IMG/VR virus record: IMGVR_UViG_3300017991_000291
Coordinates: 1-31,867 of that record
Strand: one strand, 5' to 3'
DNA from: a virus
Taxonomy: Duplodnaviria > Caudoviricetes
DNA length: 31,867 nt
The first letter of the stretch is position 1, and each line of letters begins with the position of its first letter. The notes under the pieces are model-generated. The model ran no database searches, had not been told where the DNA came from, and saw nothing but the letters and a program-made list of their open reading frames with translations. A program made the translations under genes and the position numbers. Below, one piece after another: positions 31,660-31,867 of this stretch.

Positions 31660-31671
31660 TACGTTTTCCTT

Positions 31672-31867
31672 TCAAGCTATTTTCTTCCACAACCCAAACT
31701 CTGACTCAGCTTCCAAACCCTTATATGTGTGTTGTGATAACACAGATTCAATATCAGCAACGCCATTCAATACCATGTCATTGACATCCTTCTGTTCAAT
31801 TCTTCTTGGCCAAATAACAACAGAGAATTCAGCCTTGATTGCCGCATACAAAGAACGCACAATGTCG
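31672..31867 (-). CDS. DNA primase (T4 gp61-like), C-terminal end only
   Basis: VVIWP....KDVNDMVL..TYKGLEA...F..WKK; the gene begins beyond the window edge. Confidence 0.8.
   Translation of the reverse strand, partial: DIVRSLYAAIKAEFSVVIWPRRIEQKDVNDMVLNGVADIESVLSQHTYKGLEAESEFGLWKKIA

Overview
A 31.9 kb segment of a T4-like (myovirus-type) bacteriophage genome, probably from an alphaproteobacterial host (inference from promoter shape and gene families), with almost all genes on the minus strand. Recognisable genes: RNA ligase (cut by the window edge), an AAA ATPase, three tRNAs (Pro-TGG, CAT, Thr-TGT), a Leu/Phe/Val dehydrogenase, SAM decarboxylase, a CobS/MoxR ATPase with its VWA-metallopeptidase partner, a PD-(D/E)XK exonuclease, PhoH, RNase H, a glycosyltransferase, glutaredoxin, a GIY-YIG nuclease, an FkbM methyltransferase, class II ribonucleotide reductase, ThyX, a MazG-like pyrophosphatase and the end of the primase. 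The standout is a family of about 35 tiny (32-77 aa) genes in four tandem arrays (about 1674-3400, 4924-5300, 25706-26591 and 28056-31291). Most are built on a 12-bp / Q-V-x-x (Trp- and Gln-rich) tetrapeptide repeat and are chained by one conserved dual-coding junction (QLxEDY[H/D][D/E]* overlapping the next RBS and ATG). Two of the arrays flank a self-contained two-gene operon encoding a DUF6745-type protein and its His-rich partner. From my recall of the family, DUF6745 proteins usually carry this kind of QV/QL repeat internally; this copy lacks it. That suggests a split scaffold plus an interchangeable, recombination-diversified library of repeat modules. The function is a hypothesis. Family assignments come from motif recognition, not database searches.
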